A stretch of DNA of 64,000 nt from the human T2T-CHM13v2.0 reference genome, Homo sapiens. Under the pieces are notes generated by a model that worked only from the letters and a program-made list of their open reading frames with translations, was not told the origin of the DNA and did no database searches. The position numbers and the translations under genes were made by a program. Numbering within the stretch: position 1 is the stretch's first letter; every line of letters starts with the position of its first letter. The stretch is taken from assembly GCF_009914755.1 (NCBI RefSeq), contig NC_060928.1. The stretch is one strand, 5' to 3'. Positions 59,209 to 64,000 of this stretch are shown here, piece by piece.

Positions 59209-59929
59209 ATTATTTTATATATTATAGGGAATTTATTCAAATTTAATAATTCAGAAATTAGTGACTGAATAATAATCTCTGTAGCATATGGTCTATCTGA
59301 AGGATACATAATTCCTTTGTATTGTCTGAGCGTGATTGGTTAAGTTCAGCCAACAAGTTGGGAATGCCTATCACTAGTAAACGTTTGATTCATGACAATT
59401 GTGACCATTTTTTAGTCCTTGTTTGTGAATGTGGCTTAGAGAAAGTCTGTCTCATTGGAGAGATAAATTACTTAGCATTTATAAACCGCTCTACTTGGAA
59501 ATAGGATCTATAAGGAAGTCAAAGGCTAGTAATATCAGAACATTTTTATAATCCATACATTGTAGAATATTGTCTCTGTCATGGTTAAATATTGGAGCAA
59601 AAATGGATGTTTATTTATTAGTCCTACAACTGAGAACTTTCACAAGCCTGGTAGCACCTAAAATTAATCTGAGCTTTGATTCCTTAGCATGAAATAACCA
59701 ATCAAAAGTTCATTCCATGACATAAGCCTTATTATGTAGGCAATATTTTAGAGCCCTAAATGCTCAGGCAATCTGATGGTTTAATCAGATAACCATTCTC
59801 TCTGTTAGTTCTTTGTGACATAAGCAAATGCTTCTTGTAGAAACTAGCAATTTTAAAAATATCGTTTGAAGAGATGTGTTTCGTAAGTAGAAAAGTTTTA
59901 AATACATTGTCTTCAATATTTATTCTTAG

Positions 59930-60226
59930 GTTGGTGAGACCAGATGCAAAAAAGTTTGTACTTCTAAGTCTGATCTGAGATCTAATGACTTCAGCATTGT
60001 TGGAAGCTTACCAAGAGATTTTGAACTATCCAATTATGACTGCTATGGAAAACCCATTGAAGTTAACAACGGACTTGGGAAATCTCAGGCTAAGAACAAC
60101 AAGAAGCCTCCCCCTGCGAAACCTGTTATTCCAACAGCAGCAAAGCGAATTGATCTTTATGCAAGAGCATTGTTTCCTTTCTGCTTCTTGTTCTTCAATG
60201 TTATATATTGGTCTATATATTTATGA
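59930..60226 (+). CDS. GLRB: GLRB exon 10 coding part (297 nt): gephyrin-binding motif ([14 protein letters not shown]), proline-rich [10 protein letters not shown]4, stop
   Basis: Acceptor tttattcttag|GTT GGT GAG; reads [10 protein letters not shown]...[26 protein letters not shown] then TGA TAA. Confidence 0.98.
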
Positions 60227-61590
60227 TAAATCTTTTCCATTTGTACAAAATAAAATTCCATTTCATTGTGACCTACTCCTTTCATAAATGCCAATCTGTG
60301 AGAACTTTTGAATTTTCATAGCAACATTGCATTTTGGATGCCATTTGATTGTAATAAAACTGTGGCACCTTAATTTTGAATGGCAGCATGATCATGTAAT
60401 ATCTGTGCTCTAATAACGATGTATATATGTATAGTGAACATATTGCTTAGTAACAAATGAAGGACAAGCATACTACATAATATAATCCATACAATTCTCT
60501 TCAGTTAGTGTAAACTGCAAATACTACAGATAATTCTGATAATAAAATGATATGCACGCTGAATCCTGCTATGGTCACCATTCTAATGTATGTAGTATTT
60601 CAAATTTCCTTCCTTGTAACTTTCAAAGAAAGCCATCTTATTCTTGTAAAATTTTAGATGGTATTATCACAGATTTAAAAAGGTTGTATTACATATTGTT
60701 TAAACTTTGTAAGTAGAAATATATCTGTTATAATTATACAGGCTCTGTGGAGAAATAAAGTTCAAAATATATTAATTTGTAAAATCAGCTCGTTTTAAAG
60801 TGTGCTTGTGTTGTCAAAAATATCAGATAGTAATACACAGTGAGCATTTTTAAACAAAGGGAAACCTATATTTATGTAACTGTATACTGAATTCTGACAA
60901 AATAAAAAAAGATACCTTATTGACGAAATATTTAGGATAAACAAAATTCTATTTAATCCACCTTAAAACCTAAATGTATTTTCATGGATTTCATTTGTTG
61001 GTACATATTACACAAAACATTGTGCCTTAAAATGAGTCATACATCTTTTAAATTGGAATGCAGTAATAGATATGTGATTTTACATCATTTTTAAGAAACC
61101 AAGGGGAAGTAATAAGTTGAAAAAGAAATCCATAACTATTAAAAGATTTTAACTTTTTTATTTTATTAAAATGCTTGCATATTTTAAGTAAAATTAAAAA
61201 TGTTTACTGAATTTATTTTTTTATTTGAATATTTTGGGATTAGTTACAAAATATTTAGAGATTAAATAAATAATAGCTTTGTTTGTGTTAGACTTCACTT
61301 CTACTTGTATTTTCTTTCTTGTTAAAAGTCTAGACAACTGAGATTTACTTACTTTGAACTTGTTCCAATCCAAAAGTAAGCACTAAGTCTCATTTTATGA
61401 GACCACCATTTCTTAATATCACATCCAGTGCACCTTTGTCTTTCTGCCATATCTGAAATAAAACTATCAGTAATTCACATAGATAAACATAAGACTAAAG
61501 AAGTATATTTACATTATCTGGAGAGTTTTGTTGCAGCTACGAGTTTGTATGGCAAATTCAATAATAAAGTATTGTTTATGCAAATTGCCA
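60227..61590 (+). other. GLRB: GLRB 3' UTR (AT-rich, several poly(A) hexamers)
   Basis: Follows the stop codon; AATAAA at 60249, 60353, 60541, 60754, 60901, 61265, 61457 and 61563; exact end inferred. Confidence 0.75.
61563..61568 (+). terminator. Probable distal polyadenylation signal
   Basis: AATAAA with an upstream TGTA; last hexamer of the UTR cluster. Confidence 0.6.
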
Positions 61591-64000
61591 TATGTAATTC
61601 AGTGCTATTCAATTTATTGAAGCCTTGCATTTTTAAAAGATTCTCACTGATTATATTATTTTTAATGGGATATAATCGAATCCTTTGTAGTCCTTCAGCA
61701 CCCTCTAGTTGTAAAGGTGATATCCGGATAATTTTACAGTGCTACAGTTAACCCTGTTGATGGACTTAATATCTTCTAAGACCCAGGGCAAGAGCATTTT
61801 AATGGAACTGTGGTAAGAAAAAAAAAATGAATAGGATTTAAATCACTTAAAATGTTTACTTGTAATAATTATATTTGCTTATAATCTGATTCCTTTATTT
61901 TGGCAAGTTTCATTCATATTAGGGAATTTGATCTAGATATAGAGTTTTAAGTGGAAGATGTACCATATTGAAGACGTATCTCATTATATAGAAATTTATT
62001 TGTGGAAAATAGCATAAATGAATTACTTTTCTGTAATATAATATTGCAGCCTCTTAAGACCAATTTTAATACCCAAGTATATATGAATCGCTATCCCAGG
62101 ATTAAGTGTGTATGTGTAACTACAAATGGAACACTAGAAAAAGATCATAACAAAGAAGTATGAGTGTCTGCTGACAGTTGTTTTATAATTCTTCTAAAAG
62201 ATTTAGTCACAGAACTCCAGAGTAGTTCTGATCTGTGTGCTTTCAGTATTATATATTTCTAGGAGATTCACAGTATATCTACCTGGAGCATCTGCGGATA
62301 CCTCAAATTCAGTGTCTTTAAAGTAAAAATTATCATCTCAAAAATCAGGTTCTCTCATTTTTTATTTCTGTTAAAGCCATTGCTAATCCAGTTGCCCATG
62401 TTAAATTCATCTTCCTTTCTCACACAGTCTGTCCCTTTAAGTATCAAGTCCTATAAATTCTCCCTCTTATACCTATCATCTCCTCTCCATTCCTACTGAC
62501 ACCCTCCTAATTCGTTTTCTCATTCTATGTAATCAGACTCTTTCAGCAGTCTACAGTCTCACGCTAATATAACTCTATTTTTGAACTAACTTCGTAATTT
62601 TTGTTTTTTAGTTGCATAGGTAATACCTGAATATGTTGAATATTACAAAACAAACATGTATTTAGAGTCAGTATTTAAAGTTGCTGTCCATAGCCTTTTT
62701 CCTTCAAACTATTCTGTCTCTTCCCCAGAGGTCATCATTGTTTTGTATCTATTCAGAACTCATTCTAGGCATTTTCAACATCTATCTAATTTTTAAATAT
62801 AAAAGATAATGTAACATAATAAGATATTACCCAAATGGGATTTTACCTTATGTAGGGTTTTGCAATTTTTAAAATTTAACATGTCCTAGAGTTTTTTCCA
62901 GGTCCTCACCTGGGACATATTAGGTGTTCATAAATTGAGCTTCTGCTATTATTATATAGGATGAATATGTCTTAATTTGATTTCTTTTTAAGTAAAAACT
63001 TAGTTTTTCCTCCAAATACAAAATAGAGTTGCAGTAAATGTCTTTGTGCACAAATACGTATATTTCCATGAGGCTGATGCCGAAAGCGGAGTTGCTAAAT
63101 TGAAAGATAAGTGTCTATTAAATTCTGATAGGCTCTCATTTTCTCTCTAAAAAGCTGCTAAAGTAGCTTTTCATCATGATATGCCCAAATTCCCACAGTA
63201 GTAATCTCTTAGTCTAAAGTTGTGGATACATTACTTTTCTTTTTTAAATAATCTTTTTTGACATTGTCTCAGACTTTCAAAAATATTGAAAAAAAATCTA
63301 ATGAAGAATTTCTGTTTACTCTTCACCTAAATTCCCCAAATGTAAATACTTTCTCATACTTACTTTATTTTTCTCCCTCTACTGTGTGTGCATGAGATAT
63401 TTTATGTTGAAATATTAAAATTGCAGATATGATGTTTCTTTACCTCTACACACATTAGTGTTTCCTAAAATACAAGAGCATTTTCTTTCATAACCATAGT
63501 AGAACAAGATATCAATATCAGGAAGTTAACATTGATAAAATGCTAGAATCTAGAGAATTAATTCAAATTTCCCAATTGTTCCACTATTTTTGGCTGTTGT
63601 TCAGGGTTCATTCCAGGATCATGTTTAATTTTCTGATGTTAATTTCTGTAAAATAGAGCTGTGATCGTGGCATTCTGCTCAAACATCTTTAGTGTCTTCT
63701 TTTGTCACATGAACTAAAAAATCCTCTCTCGTATGAAATTATCCCTATTAAATGTTTAGCTTATTTTTGCAGATATTTCTCACACTACTACTATTCTCAT
63801 ATCCTAAACTCTTCTCAAACTGATTTTGACTGTTTTATATCACATTTAGTAGTGATTGGAGTACTAAGTTCAGCCAGTTCCTTTTCTTTGAAGTAAGTGG
63901 TTAATTTTACGTTTCACAATTTCTTTCAAGTGGACCAGGCTTGGATGTTAAGTGTCTTCAAATAATTATTTAACTAATGTGTATTTATTCAACATTAGGT

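Noticed and set aside
59985-60287. 100-aa alternative-frame ORF overlapping exon 10
   Set aside because: No motif; probably a by-product of the coding exon. It shares the frame of the hypothetical ORF0 fusion but lies after that frame's stop codon.

Overview
This is AT-rich primate (human-type) genomic DNA carrying most of GLRB, the glycine receptor beta subunit gene, on the + strand. Coding exons 3-10 (107, 68, 230, 83, 141, 153, 293 and 297 nt, all GT-AG) splice in frame and end at TGA 60224-60226, followed by a ~1.35-kb 3' UTR with many AATAAA signals. The promoter and the exon with the start codon lie upstream of the window. The introns contain a 5'-truncated sense L1PA just upstream of exon 3, a full-length but inactivated antisense L1PA (~6.1 kb, with target-site duplication [TSD], an open ORF0 and an antisense poly(A) signal) in intron 9, seven Alus, THE1/MST/MLT1/LTR16 solo LTRs, MER DNA-transposon fossils and old L1M/L2/MIR fragments. 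Repeat families are called from memory of consensus sequences, not from an alignment. I see no evidence of a new gene family or a prokaryote-type system. The most unusual signals are: (i) a ~200-bp, ~90%-identical inverted repeat of non-Alu sequence in intron 9; (ii) several locally templated insertions with fold-back junctions, including a 32-bp L1 ORF2 fragment bracketed by two hairpins; and (iii) an L1 'gene-breaking' arrangement that could separate the gephyrin-binding/TM4 exon from the rest of the receptor.
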